A stretch of DNA of 22,335 nt from an uncultured cyanobacterium (lineage in GTDB: Bacteria; Cyanobacteriota; Cyanobacteriia; Cyanobacteriales; Microcystaceae), in NCBI GenBank assembly GCA_963807635.1, contig CAWEDJ010000085.1:1-22335 (forward strand), read 5' to 3'. A program made the position numbers and the translations under genes. This document shows, in pieces, positions 1 through 10,314 of this stretch (positions are counted from its first letter, which is position 1; each line of letters begins with the position of its first letter). Under the pieces are notes generated by a model, which worked only from the letters and a program-made list of their open reading frames with translations, was not told the origin of the DNA and made no database searches.

Positions 1-15
1 GAGCTTGCTGAAAAA
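1..15 (+). repeat. left terminal inverted repeat of the IS
   Basis: GAGCTTGCTGAAAAA is the reverse complement of 1638-1652 with one mismatch. Confidence 0.85.
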
Positions 16-131
16 AGCTGAAAGCCTTATAAGAAAAGAGATGAGGGGATTTAGAGAGCAAAAAAAGTGCAAAAAAAAGGTCTAAAATGAGTGAAAAGGC
101 TTGCACCCCTCCCCTTCCAGAGCATTGAACG

Positions 132-1567
132 ATGTACCCCAAAAAAGAATCCGAAAAATCGACTGTTGAAAACTTCAAAATACCAAGTGAGTGGAAGCCA
201 AAAGAAGAAAATCGTTGGGTAATCATGTCAAAAATCATTCCGTGGGAGGAATTTGAAGAAGAATATGCAAAACAATTTTCAGAAAATAAAGGAGCGACAG
301 CCAAACCATTTAGGATGGCATTAGGGTCATTAATAATAAAAGAAATATTGAGAATAAGTGACCGAGAAACAGTAGAACAAATAAAAGAAAACCCTTACTT
401 ACAATATTTTATAGGACTAGAAGTATATGAAAATGAGGAGGCATTTGATGCGTCACTGTTAGTACATTTCCGTCAAAGAATAGGAATGGACTTGGTGAAT
501 CAAATAAATAAAGCAATGGTAAAAAAAGAAGAAGAAATATTATCAGAAGTAAAAGAAAAAAGTGAAGGGGAAAATCAGAATAGAGGAAAGCTATTAATAG
601 ATGCAACCTGTGCACCAGCAGACATCAAATATCCAACAGATTATAGGAATCTTGAATGAGGCAAGAGAAAAAACCGAAAAAATAATAGACAACTTGTATA
701 AAAAAACTAAAAAAAAAGGAAAAAAACCAAGAACCTATAGAATAAGAGCCAGAAAAGATTACTTAAAATTGTCAAAAAAACGCCGTCCGTCGAGAAAAGA
801 AAGGAGAAAGGGCATAAAAAAACAAATCCAATATATCAAAAGAAACCTTTCCCATATAGAAAAATTAAGAGAAGATAAAGAGGTCGCAAAATTAAGTAAA
901 AAAGACGAAAAGATACTGTCGATAATACAAAAAGCCTATGAGCAACAAGTAGGAATGTATGAAAATAAAGAAAATAAGGTAGAAAATAGAATTGTGAGTT
1001 TGACTCAACCTCATGTTCGTCCCATTGTTAGAGGAAAAGCGGGAACGCCAGTAGAGTTTGGTGCAAAACTATCAGCAAGTTATGTGAATGGATATCTTTA
1101 TTTATACCGATTAAGTTGGGATAATTATAATGAATCAGGCGACTTCAAAGGACAAATAGAAGAGTTTAAACGTGAGACAGGCTACTATCCCCAGTCTGTT
1201 CATGCTGATGCAATCTATCGCACAAGGGAAAATCGCGCTTTTTGTAAGGAGAAGGGAATTCGATTGAATTGGCCCACCCTTGGGAAGACGACCCACAAAT
1301 ATTAGTCCAGAAAAAAAGAAAGAAGCTCTTCAAGATGAAAGAGACCGTAATGCTATTGAAGGCAAATTTGGTCAAGCAAAGAGACGATTTAGCCTCAATC
1401 GAGTTATGACAAAACTTCCTGATACCTCTGAAACCGCTATTGCTATCACCTTTTTAGTCATCAATCTTTTTGCCCTGCTTCGGCAGGTTTTACGTTTTTT
1501 TTGTCTTTTTCGGAAGAAGAGCTTATTTTTCTGCCCTCTTATTAGCCCAGCTTATGCTTTGTGTTGA
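132..1567 (+). CDS. IS5-family transposase, split into 3 ORFs by two +1 frameshifts (~641 and ~1269); about 477 aa if corrected
   Basis: Motifs ENRWVIMSKIIPWEEFEEEY, LSDRE-like ISDRETVEQIKENPYLQYF, LLIDATCAPADIKYPTD, RPIVRGKAGTPVEFGAK, VHADAIYRTRENR and RNAIEGKFGQAKRRFSL are typical of cyanobacterial IS5 transposases. Removing one base at each site restores ...YPTD-IGILNEARE... and ...GIRL-NGPPLGRRP. Confidence 0.88.
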
Positions 1568-1637
1568 CAATTCATTTAACCCTTATGTTTTACTCGCCTT
1601 AAATTCATAAATTAATCCCCTCTTCCTGTTTTTTGAC

Positions 1638-1652
1638 TTTTTCAGCAAGCCC
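1638..1652 (-). repeat. right terminal inverted repeat of the IS
   Basis: Reads GGGCTTGCTGAAAAA on the minus strand. Confidence 0.85.
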
Positions 1653-1912
1653 TAAATAATCCTGAATTTGCTTCTGACTATCTTCAAGATGCTTTAGAAG
1701 AAGGGGGAATCCCACTTTTCCTAATTGCTCTCAGACAGATTGTACAACACCAAAAAGGGTTAACAAAAGTTGCCGAAGAAACTGGGTTAGGAAGAGAAAG
1801 TCTCTATAAAACGCTTTCTGAACAAGGTAATCCCCATTTATCAACGGTTGATAAAATTCTCAAATCTGTTGGAATGAAGATTACAGTGATTCCTGATCAA
1901 GTTTCTCTCTAA
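1653..1912 (+). pseudogene. 3' part of an HTH addiction-module antidote (antitoxin) gene, HI1420/TIGR02684-like, interrupted by the IS
   Basis: Not in the ORF track because it has no start codon (in-frame TGA at 1634-1636 inside the IS). The frame from 1652 reads LNNPEFASDYLQDALEEGGIPLFLIALRQIVQHQKGLTKVAEETGLGRESLYKTLSEQGNPHLSTVDKILKSVGMKITVIPDQVSL* and carries the family's YL..ALEE, ALR and RESLY..LS..GNP signatures. Confidence 0.85.
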
Positions 1913-2080
1913 AAACTTTCGACTTTTTATGAAATTTATGGCGATCGCGTTTTATTTTTTTCTTTTATCCACACAATTATTCAGTTGGTCAAAGTTGGGC
2001 TGTAATCGGTGTTCTGTTGAGATTAATATTTTCTTGAATTAACGCGGTTATTGTTCATTAATAGGATTCACTGAGGGGGA

Positions 2081-2521
2081 TTAATTTATTGTTGAAGGCA
2101 GAATGGTAGTCTCTAACCAGTATTGACAAAAAACAGCGATCACTTTTTTTAGTTGTTTTAATCCCATTGGTTTCATCAGATAGCTATTAGCCCCAAATTC
2201 GTAGCAGGATTTAATATCTTTCGGACTAGAAGAAGTCGTTAATACCACAATGGGAATGGTTTTCAGGGATTTATTCTCTTTAACTTCCCGAATAACATCT
2301 CTTCCATCCGTGCCTGGCAAATTTAAATCTAACAAAATAATGGACGGACGAGGAAAAAGTTGGGGATCTTGATAGGAACCTTGTTGATAAAGATAATCTA
2401 GGGCATCTTCCCCATCACAGACACGAAAGAAGGAGAAATCAGAAGATAATTCCAGCATGATTCGGCAAAATACCTCAAAATCCTCATCGCTATCCTCTAC
2501 TACTAAAATCAGATTTTTCAT
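2081..2521 (-). CDS. rcpB: single-domain phytochrome-associated response regulator (RcpB/Rcp1 type)
   Basis: Has VVEDSDEDF, ILLDLNLPGTDGRDV (phospho-Asp), VLTTSSSPKDI, SYLMKP and the C-terminal FCQYWLETTILP extension typical of phytochrome receivers; lies directly downstream of the phytochrome. Confidence 0.88.
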   Translation of the reverse strand: MKNLILVVEDSDEDFEVFCRIMLELSSDFSFFRVCDGEDALDYLYQQGSYQDPQLFPRPSIILLDLNLPGTDGRDVIREVKENKSLKTIPIVVLTTSSSPKDIKSCYEFGANSYLMKPMGLKQLKKVIAVFCQYWLETTILPSTIN

Positions 2522-2571
2522 GAATAAAGAACAAATTAAATAGCTTTCTATTGTGAATAAATGTTGTCTTT

Positions 2572-4857
2572 TTAGACGATTTCCGTTGGCAGCGTGAAAT
2601 AAAAAGTACTACCTTTGCCATAGGAAGATTCAATCCATATTGTCCCATGATGAAGTTCGATAATTTTTTTGACAATGGTTAATCCTACGCCTGTGCCTCC
2701 TCCGTATTTATTGAGACTGTGTAGCCGTTTAAAAATCCGAAAAATCGTATCTAAGTGTTTTTCCTGAATTCCAATACCATTATCTCGGACATAAAAGGTC
2801 AATAATTGGGGCTGGGAGGGTTCTAGAGAATTGGATAGGGTTGGATCTAAAAAGCCAATTTCTACCCATTTTTCGGATTGATTATTATATTTAAAGGCAT
2901 TACTGATCAGATTAGTAAAAACTTCTTCTAATAAAACACGATCGCCAACAATTTTGGGTAGGGGTCGGGGAATACGAATTTCAATGTTTTCTCCTCCTTT
3001 ACTGACGGTAAATAATTCAGAAATAGATTCAAGAGATTGATTCAAATTAAAAGATTGAAACGTTAATTCCTGACGACCTAAACGAGAAAAATGTAATAGG
3101 GCATTAATCAAGTCCTCCATGCGTTTGGTCAACTTGATCAGAGTATGTAACTTATCAACTCCTTCTGCGTCCAACAGTTCTGCATAATCTTCTAACAAAA
3201 AATTGGAATAATTATGAATACTGCGCAGAGGTTCTTTAAGATCATGGGACGCAATATAGGCAAAGGCATCAAGTTCGGTATTACTGCGTTCTAATTCCAG
3301 ATTGATTTCCGCTAATTCATTGATCTTGCGTAACAGAATTCCAACGATCGCACTCCGAAGTTCAATGGCTCCTTCAATTTCCCAGGGTTTCCAGGGTTGG
3401 GATTGTTGCTGAACCATTTCTTGCCATAGCTTAAAGGATTTGCGGGGCGAAAGAGTTTCTGTGCCGTCTTCTTCTAGGTTTTTCAGTTTTTCAGGTTTGC
3501 CTGCCCACTTGACCTCTTGTAGGACTTCGGGACGGAACCAAAGAACATAATTTTTCTGAACTTTGGTAATAGAAAGGGCTAATAATCCACACGCCACTTC
3601 CTTAAAGGCGATCGCGTCGGGATAAATTTTGGGCAATGAATGGGTAACAAATAAATCTTGTTCAAACCGATTTTCTAACCAGGCAATCAGGTCGGGTAAA
3701 ACCTCTTCAGGAGGAGTCTGGCCAATCCGAAGCAAATTCTCTTCTGTATAGATAACAACGCCTGTGGCATTCACTAATTTTAAGAGTTTTTCTCGATCTC
3801 GGAGCAAAGCATCTCTAATATTTTCTGCTTTGCCCAGGGCATTAACTAATTGAGATTGAACAGACTTTAAAAATATTTTATAATCTAGATCTTCATTGGC
3901 TTCCTTAGAGGCTAATTCTAAAGACATCACCTGTCCTAAAAATTCACAAATATTCCGCGTTTCGTAAGGAACAAAATAGGGAGACCGATGATGACACGCA
4001 ATTAATCCCCAGAGCTTTCCTTGTTTCATTAAAGAAATTGTTAGAGTCGCACAAACTCCCATATTTTGTAAATATTCAATATGAAGAGGAGAAACGCTCC
4101 GCAGAATACTTAAACTCAAATCAAGCGGTTTTTGTTGTTTATTATCTAAGGTTAAAATCGCTATAGGTTGATAGTTTACTTGGGGAATTGAACGTATAAA
4201 ATTGAGTGTATAAAGGTATTTTGCCTGACGAGGAATATCGGAATCAGGATAATGCAATCCTAAATAGGACTCTAATTCTTCTAACTTATCCTCAGCTATA
4301 ATATCTCCTGCGCCCGTTTGATCAAATTGATAGATCATTACACGCTCAAAACCCGTTAATTTTCTAATTTGCTGTACTATTGTCTGACATAATTCATTGA
4401 GGTTTGAGGCTCGTTGAATCTGTAATAAAATACGTTTGGAAATTTGAGAAAATTGGATAAAATCCAGATCATTTTCACTTTTATTGATTTCTAGTTCGAG
4501 AATAATATTATTTTCATCTAAGGAATGCACGATACCATTAAATTTTTTTGTGCCATTCTGAGTTTCAATGGATAGTTTCAAAGGATTAATTTGTTCAAAA
4601 TCTCCCTCTAAGCAAGCGGCGATCGCTTCAATCTTATCGGTTGGCAATAGACGATCTAAGGATTGGCCCAACAGTTGCTCAGGTTCAATTCCCAAAAATT
4701 CTTGGGTATTACGGCTAATCTGGGTAATTTGCCACTCAAGGGGAGAAATGACCAATAGTAAACCATGCGGTTGAATTGCCCCTGGAATATGGATCGGTTC
4801 GCGATCGCAGTTGGTTAAATTAAACGTTTCTGTCCTTACCGATTCATTAATCATCAC
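2572..4857 (-). CDS. cphB: cyanobacterial bacteriophytochrome, CphB/AphB type (PAS-GAF-PHY-HisKA-HATPase); start GTG 4857 or ATG 4854
   Basis: Motifs NCDREPIHIPGAIQPHG (N-terminal Cys17), YPDSDIPRQA (DIP), LRSVSPLHIEYLQNMG (Leu where Cph1 has its GAF Cys), WAG...PRKSF (PHY tongue), ASHDLKEPLR H-box, NLISNAFKY and GTGVGL. Confidence 0.9.
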   Translation of the reverse strand: MMINESVRTETFNLTNCDREPIHIPGAIQPHGLLLVISPLEWQITQISRNTQEFLGIEPEQLLGQSLDRLLPTDKIEAIAACLEGDFEQINPLKLSIETQNGTKKFNGIVHSLDENNIILELEINKSENDLDFIQFSQISKRILLQIQRASNLNELCQTIVQQIRKLTGFERVMIYQFDQTGAGDIIAEDKLEELESYLGLHYPDSDIPRQAKYLYTLNFIRSIPQVNYQPIAILTLDNKQQKPLDLSLSILRSVSPLHIEYLQNMGVCATLTISLMKQGKLWGLIACHHRSPYFVPYETRNICEFLGQVMSLELASKEANEDLDYKIFLKSVQSQLVNALGKAENIRDALLRDREKLLKLVNATGVVIYTEENLLRIGQTPPEEVLPDLIAWLENRFEQDLFVTHSLPKIYPDAIAFKEVACGLLALSITKVQKNYVLWFRPEVLQEVKWAGKPEKLKNLEEDGTETLSPRKSFKLWQEMVQQQSQPWKPWEIEGAIELRSAIVGILLRKINELAEINLELERSNTELDAFAYIASHDLKEPLRSIHNYSNFLLEDYAELLDAEGVDKLHTLIKLTKRMEDLINALLHFSRLGRQELTFQSFNLNQSLESISELFTVSKGGENIEIRIPRPLPKIVGDRVLLEEVFTNLISNAFKYNNQSEKWVEIGFLDPTLSNSLEPSQPQLLTFYVRDNGIGIQEKHLDTIFRIFKRLHSLNKYGGGTGVGLTIVKKIIELHHGTIWIESSYGKGSTFYFTLPTEIV

Positions 4858-4913
4858 TATAAAATACCTTTGAATAGTCTATTCTCTATTATTATTTTAA
4901 TACTGATAAAATC

Positions 4914-6017
4914 CTAAATTTCTATCATAAAAATTGAACCCTGGGGATCATTGTCCGCGATCGCTAAAGTTCCTCCCTGAGACTCGATCGCAATTTTACA
5001 AAAAGCCAATCCTAGCCCTATCTGAGACGTATTGTTCCTTAAACTTCCGATTTCAAATTTCTCAAAAATCTTTGCTTTGTCTGTTTGATTAATCCCTTGC
5101 CCCGTATCGGCAACCTGAACTCTAAAATGATTTTCAGCTAAATATTCCAGACTGAGGGTGACTTGACTACCTTGGGGAGAAAATTTCAGTGCGTTAGATA
5201 ACAAATTGTCAATAACCCGTCGCAAAATTGTTGCATCGGTCAAAACGGTCTTATGGGGTTCAGGTAGCTGGCTGATGAGCGTTATGTGCCGAGAATTCGC
5301 GACTAACTCAAAATCCTTGAGAACCCCGACCCCTAGCTCGTATAAATCTGTTGGGGTAGCATTAAACAAAATTTTGCCTGATTCCAGTTTTGCCATCAAC
5401 AATAAACCATCAATCATTTCTTCGAGTTTATGCCCCGACTCAAGAATTTGAGCGATTTTTTGCAGAATCAAGGGTCTTTGGTCAAGTCGGTCTATATATC
5501 GCTGGACAATTCCTGCCGCCAAGATAATCGTTGCGAGGGGATTGCGGAGGTCATGGACAATCATATTAGACAGATCCTCCCGCAGGGTGAGGGCTTCTTC
5601 TCTCAATTTGAGGAGTTTTTTGAGTTTATCGTGTTCTGATTTGGTGCGGAGATGGGCGCGGACTCTGGAACGTAATTCGAGGGAATTGATCGGTTTAGTC
5701 ACAAAATCGCTGGCTCCCTGGTCTAGGGCATAGGCGAGGTCTTCCTTAGTATCCAGGGCAGTCACCATGATGATGGGAATACTTTTATAGAGATCGTTAC
5801 TTTTGAGGTGTTGACAAACTTGTGTTCCGTCCATTTCTGGCATCATAATATCGAGCAAAATAACATCAGGCTCTACTGTTTCTAAAAGGGAAAAGGCCTT
5901 CATTCCACTAGAGGAGTAATACAATTGATATTCTTCATTGCTGAGAAAGGCTTCCATGATCTCAAAATTATCGACTTGATCATCAATAATCAGAATTTTT
6001 TGGGTTTCGGTTATCAT
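4914..6017 (-). CDS. hybrid response regulator/histidine kinase (REC-HisKA-HATPase), copy A
   Basis: N-terminal REC (LIIDD, LLDIMMP, FVTKP), H-box MIVHDLRNPL, N-box NLLSNALKF, DTGQGI and GLGLAFC. Confidence 0.92.
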   Translation of the reverse strand: MITETQKILIIDDQVDNFEIMEAFLSNEEYQLYYSSSGMKAFSLLETVEPDVILLDIMMPEMDGTQVCQHLKSNDLYKSIPIIMVTALDTKEDLAYALDQGASDFVTKPINSLELRSRVRAHLRTKSEHDKLKKLLKLREEALTLREDLSNMIVHDLRNPLATIILAAGIVQRYIDRLDQRPLILQKIAQILESGHKLEEMIDGLLLMAKLESGKILFNATPTDLYELGVGVLKDFELVANSRHITLISQLPEPHKTVLTDATILRRVIDNLLSNALKFSPQGSQVTLSLEYLAENHFRVQVADTGQGINQTDKAKIFEKFEIGSLRNNTSQIGLGLAFCKIAIESQGGTLAIADNDPQGSIFMIEI

Positions 6018-8134
6018 TCTTTAATTCCTCATGCTGTTAACAAAATTTTTGGATAGTTTCCATTAATACCTTAAAGCGCAGAGGTTTTACTAAATATTCG
6101 TCGATCCCGACAGCAAGACACTGTTCTACTTGTTCGGGCAACGCAAGGGCGGTTAGGGCAATGATGGGAATATGGGCGATCGCAGGGTCAGAGCGGATTA
6201 GAGTCGTTGCTTCTCAGTCCATTCATTTCTGGCATTTGAATATCCATTAAAATCAGGTCTGGTCGATGAGTTTTCACCATTTCCAGAGCTTCTTTGCCAT
6301 TATAGGCTAATAGCATCCGATAACCTTTATTGCTGAGATAATCATCCAGAGTTTTTCTATTCCCCTCATTGTCGTCGGCGAGAAGAATCAAGGGAGAAAC
6401 GGATAAGAGAGGGTTTTTCTGCTGGGTCGGCAGGGGCGTGGTTTTCACGTTTTGGGGCATGATTTTTCTGGACGATGGTACATAGGGAAGACGAAGGGTA
6501 AAACAGCTACCTTCTCCCACCCGACTGGTTACTGAAACCCTACCGCCATGTTTCGTGATAATCCGATCGACGAGGACTAAGCCCAAACCCGTGCCAGCAT
6601 ATTGACGATTGAGACTGCTATCAATTTGGACAAAGCGTTGAAAAAGCTTATCGAGATCGGTGGGGCTAATGCCAATACCCGTATCTGTCACTGAAAATAA
6701 AATCTCTTGCTCCTCTAATTCAACGGACAAAATGACGTTTCCTCCAGAGGGAGTAAATTTAATGGCATTACTTAATAGATTGATCAGAGATTGACGGATA
6801 CGAAATTCATCAACCCAAATTTGCTCAATATTTTGGGCGATGCGGGTTTCGAGTGCAATTTTTTGGGTTAAGGCCATTTGTCTGACAAACATGGTGCTAT
6901 TTTCACAAAGCGTCTGAACCGAGGTTGATGCTAATTTGAGTTCTAATTTTCCTGCTTCAATTTTCGATAAATCTAGGATATCGGTGATCAGGGAGAGTAA
7001 ATGATCACCGCTTTTTTCGATTAATTTAATGGCTTGTTCCTGACCAGGGTTGAGTTCGCCAAAGGTGTTTGTTTGCAGAGATTCGGCCATTCCTAAGATC
7101 GCGGTGAGGGGTGTCCGCAGTTCGTGACTCATGTTGGCCAAAAATTCATCTTTGAGGCGAGTGGCACGGGCGAGATCTTCATTGGAACGGATTAGGGCTT
7201 GATTGGTCTGGGTCAATTTTTCTTGCTCTTGTTGCAATTGCTCAAATAAATGCGCCTGTTGGATGGCGATCGCGAGTTGGCCTGCAATTTGTTGAATCAA
7301 ATCAATTTCATCAGGTTGCCAAATACGGGGAGCCGCACACGCATGGATGCAGAGTAAGCCCCATAATTTTTCCCCAAGTAGTAGGGGCATGATTAAATTA
7401 GCACGAATTTCAAACCGAGTCAGAATCGCTTTATGACAATCTTGTAAATCACTCTGGAGAACATCATTAACGGCTTGGCAATACCCCTCAGCATAGCGTT
7501 GGGCATAATCTCCTCCGAAACAGTGATCATGAACAGGAATGCTTAGAACCGAAGAAAAACCCTCTTGCACCGACTCAGCAACAAATTCTCCATCATCATA
7601 ACCAGAGTCAGGATAAAACCGAAAAATGCCGACGCGATCGCTGTGGATAAATTGCCGAATTTCCTGGCAAGCCGTCTCAAAAATTGTTCGGAGGTCGAGG
7701 GTTTTCCTAATGTGTTGGGTAATGTGTCGTAGGAGGGTTTCTTTCTCGATTTGTTGATGGATAATTTGTTCCGCTTGTTTTTGCTCCGTAATATCAAAAT
7801 TAACGCCAATTATGGCGAGGGGATTACCAAGATCATCTCGCACCACCAGACCATAACTTTTTAGAAAATGAATACTGCCATCGGGATGAATGACTCGAAA
7901 TTCAGCATTATATTCAGCTTCTCCTGCCAATACTTGCTGGGTTAAGCTTATGTTTGCTTCTCGGTCGTCGGGATGGAGGCTATTGATCCAGGTTTCAAAC
8001 TGCACGGTCGTTCCCTTGGGAAGATCATACAGTTCATACATCCGTTCATCCCAGGTCAAAGTTTTGTGAGTGATATCCCATTCCCAACAACCGATCGCTC
8101 CAGAATTGAGGGCGATTTTCAGGCGATCGGTGAG
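4914..8134. repeat. copy A of a ~3.2-kb diverged direct duplication (copy B at 10315-13512)
   Basis: Colinear nucleotide similarity at an offset of ~5400 bp, from the REC-HK stop codon through the REC, HK, GAF and last PAS domain of the giant kinase. The two 367-aa proteins differ at 37 positions by manual comparison (~90% identity). Confidence 0.92.
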
Positions 8135-10195
8135 TTCTACGAGTTTTTGTCTGTTTTCTACCCGCTCTGTAATATCTTGAAAAGTTCCTAATATCCCAAT
8201 GACATTCCCCTCCAAATCTCGCAGGGGAATCTTATTGGTCTCAGTCCATCGTGTTTCTCCTGTGGGTAGGGTGATGGTTTCCTCAATGCCCACTAGGGAA
8301 ATCCCCGATGTCATTACCTGTTGATCATCTAATAAGTAGCCCTGGGCTTCGGCTTCGGTGTAGGAAAAATCAAAATTCGTTTTACCAATGGCTTCCTGTG
8401 GCGAGTCTAACTCGGAGATTTTGGCAAAGAATTGATTACAACCCATCATGACGGATTCACGATTTTTCCAAAATACGGCTAGGGGGAAACAGTCCAGGAC
8501 AGTTTGCAGAAATTGCTGAGATTCTAAAAGGGCCTTTTCTGATTGTTTGCGATCGCTAATATCTTTAGCAGTACCGCACATCCGCGTCATCTCGCCTGAT
8601 TCTGTTTTAACTAAAAAAGTACGGTCTAAAATCCAACGCAGAGAGCCATCGCGCAGTACAATGCGATATTCCACTTGCGTATTCTTTTTTAGGTGTATCT
8701 GTTCATGGGCTTGCATCACCTTGAGTCGATCTTCTTCATAGACATTTGCCATATAGGATTGGGGGTCATCGTATAGACTCTGGCAGGAACGTTGCCAGAT
8801 GGTTTCATAACTAGGACTGATATAAAGTATTTTTTTTGCTTCAATATCAATCAGATAAAAAACTTCACCAATATTCTCAGCTAATTGTCGAAAACGGCTT
8901 TCACTTTCGCGCAGTTCTTTTTCTTGATGTTTACGATCGCTGATATCCCGTATAATCATCAACACTTCTTGATCATTAATGGCTAATATTCTGACTTCCT
9001 CATAGGCCATTCTGTCCTGTTTCTTCAGTTCATGTTCATAAATTTGTAATTCTCCTGTGGCGATCGCCTGCTCAATAGCTTGCAACTGGGTTTGTAATAA
9101 ATCGGGGGGAAGCACTTCGGCAAGATGATGCTCTATTGGCACAAAAAGATCTTTATTAATCTTAGATTCAAAAGAATCTAGACAAGTCCCATCCTGATTA
9201 ACCCGTAATAATAGATCGGGTATCGTATTGAGAATGGTTCTATTAATTTCTTCACTGGCTCTCAAGGCAGCAGTTCTTTCTTCTACTTTGTGTTCTAGTT
9301 CTTGATTGAGGAGTTGAATTTTCTGTTCAGCCCGTTTGCGATCAGTAATATCCGTAATGGTGCCAATGTAACCAGTAATTTCTCCTTGATCATTTCGTTC
9401 GGCGGACGATTCCCCATGAACCCAAGTAATCACACCCTCTGGGCTGAGAAAACGGTAATCCATGATAAAAGGACGATTTTCCTGGGTGGATTGGTACCAT
9501 TCCGTTGAAATGCTCTCACGGTCATCGGGATGTAATCCTTGCGACCAACCTTCACCCAATGCCTCCTCGAAAGTTAAACCGGTAATTTCACACCAGCGTT
9601 TATTGACGTATAGACAATTTCCCGAAGCATCTGTCCGAAAAATCCCCACAGGAGCCGCTCCTGCTAGAAATTCAAACCTTTTTTCGACCGTCTGTAGATT
9701 TTCAATGGTGTATTGGGGGTCTGCTTCACGGAGTTTGACTTCTGCACTGTCGCTCTCTGATGCCTGGGGAAATTCTGTTAATTTTCTAGAAGTTGTCCAT
9801 TCATTGAGGGACTTTTTAACACAGTTGCCAAGAATGGTAGCGGTAATATCATCCTTGACTAAATAATCCCTGGCTCCTAGTTTCATCGCCTGGACTGCGA
9901 CTTGTTCATTTCCCTGACCTGTGATCACAATAACGGGACATTTTTGCCTTATATCTTTTGCTTGGATCGCGGTCAATAGTTCCAAACCGTTACCATCGGG
10001 CAAATGCAGATCGGCTAAGACCATATCGGGAAACTGCGATCGCCATAGTTCTAAAGATTCTTCCAGGGTTTCTGCTTGTAGGATCTGATAGTCAACATCT
10101 TGATCGGTCAGCAGATAACGACAATAAATGGCGCGATCGCTCTCGGAATCATCCACCAACAAAATTTTATAGAGTCTTTCGGTATTCATACTCAT
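6037..10195 (-). CDS. giant hybrid cyanobacteriochrome kinase A: REC-(PAS)x~5-DXCF GAF-HisKA-HATPase-REC; about 1385 aa after correcting a +1 frameshift at ~6214
   Basis: N-terminal REC (LLVDDSESDR, LADLHLPDGNG), PAS/PAC units ending DITDRK/DISDRK/DITE, GAF with HDHCF and DCH, H-box SHELRTPL, and a C-terminal REC. The ORF track ends at 6188, but comparison with paralog B (ttctcagtcc vs ttctagtcc) shows one extra base; the corrected frame continues EATTLIRSDPAIAHIPIIALTALA...YLVKPLRFKVLMETIQKFC* to TAA at 6037. Confidence 0.88.
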
Positions 10196-10314
10196 GTTGA
10201 GGTGATTTACGGCTAAAGTCCAGATATTTTGTCTATCTTACCCACTTTTTTAAACAAAAGTATTAACCTTGAAAAATCTTTAGAAAACATTAAACTGAAA
10301 GCTGATCCTCCAGC

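Larger units (their letters stand above)
1..1652 (+). mobile_element. IS5-family insertion sequence, apparently complete (about 1.65 kb)
   Basis: Terminal inverted repeats GAGCTTGCTGAAAAA (1-15) and TTTTTCAGCAAGCCC (1638-1652) match at 14/15 and enclose a DDE transposase. TA(A) follows the right end and is a candidate target duplication; the left flank lies outside the window. Confidence 0.9.

Noticed and set aside
10196..10314. Internal promoter for kinase A (TAAGAT-like -10 on the minus strand; a similar TAGGAT lies upstream of kinase B)
   Set aside because: AT-rich region with only a weak hexamer match and no convincing -35; not supportable without transcription start data.
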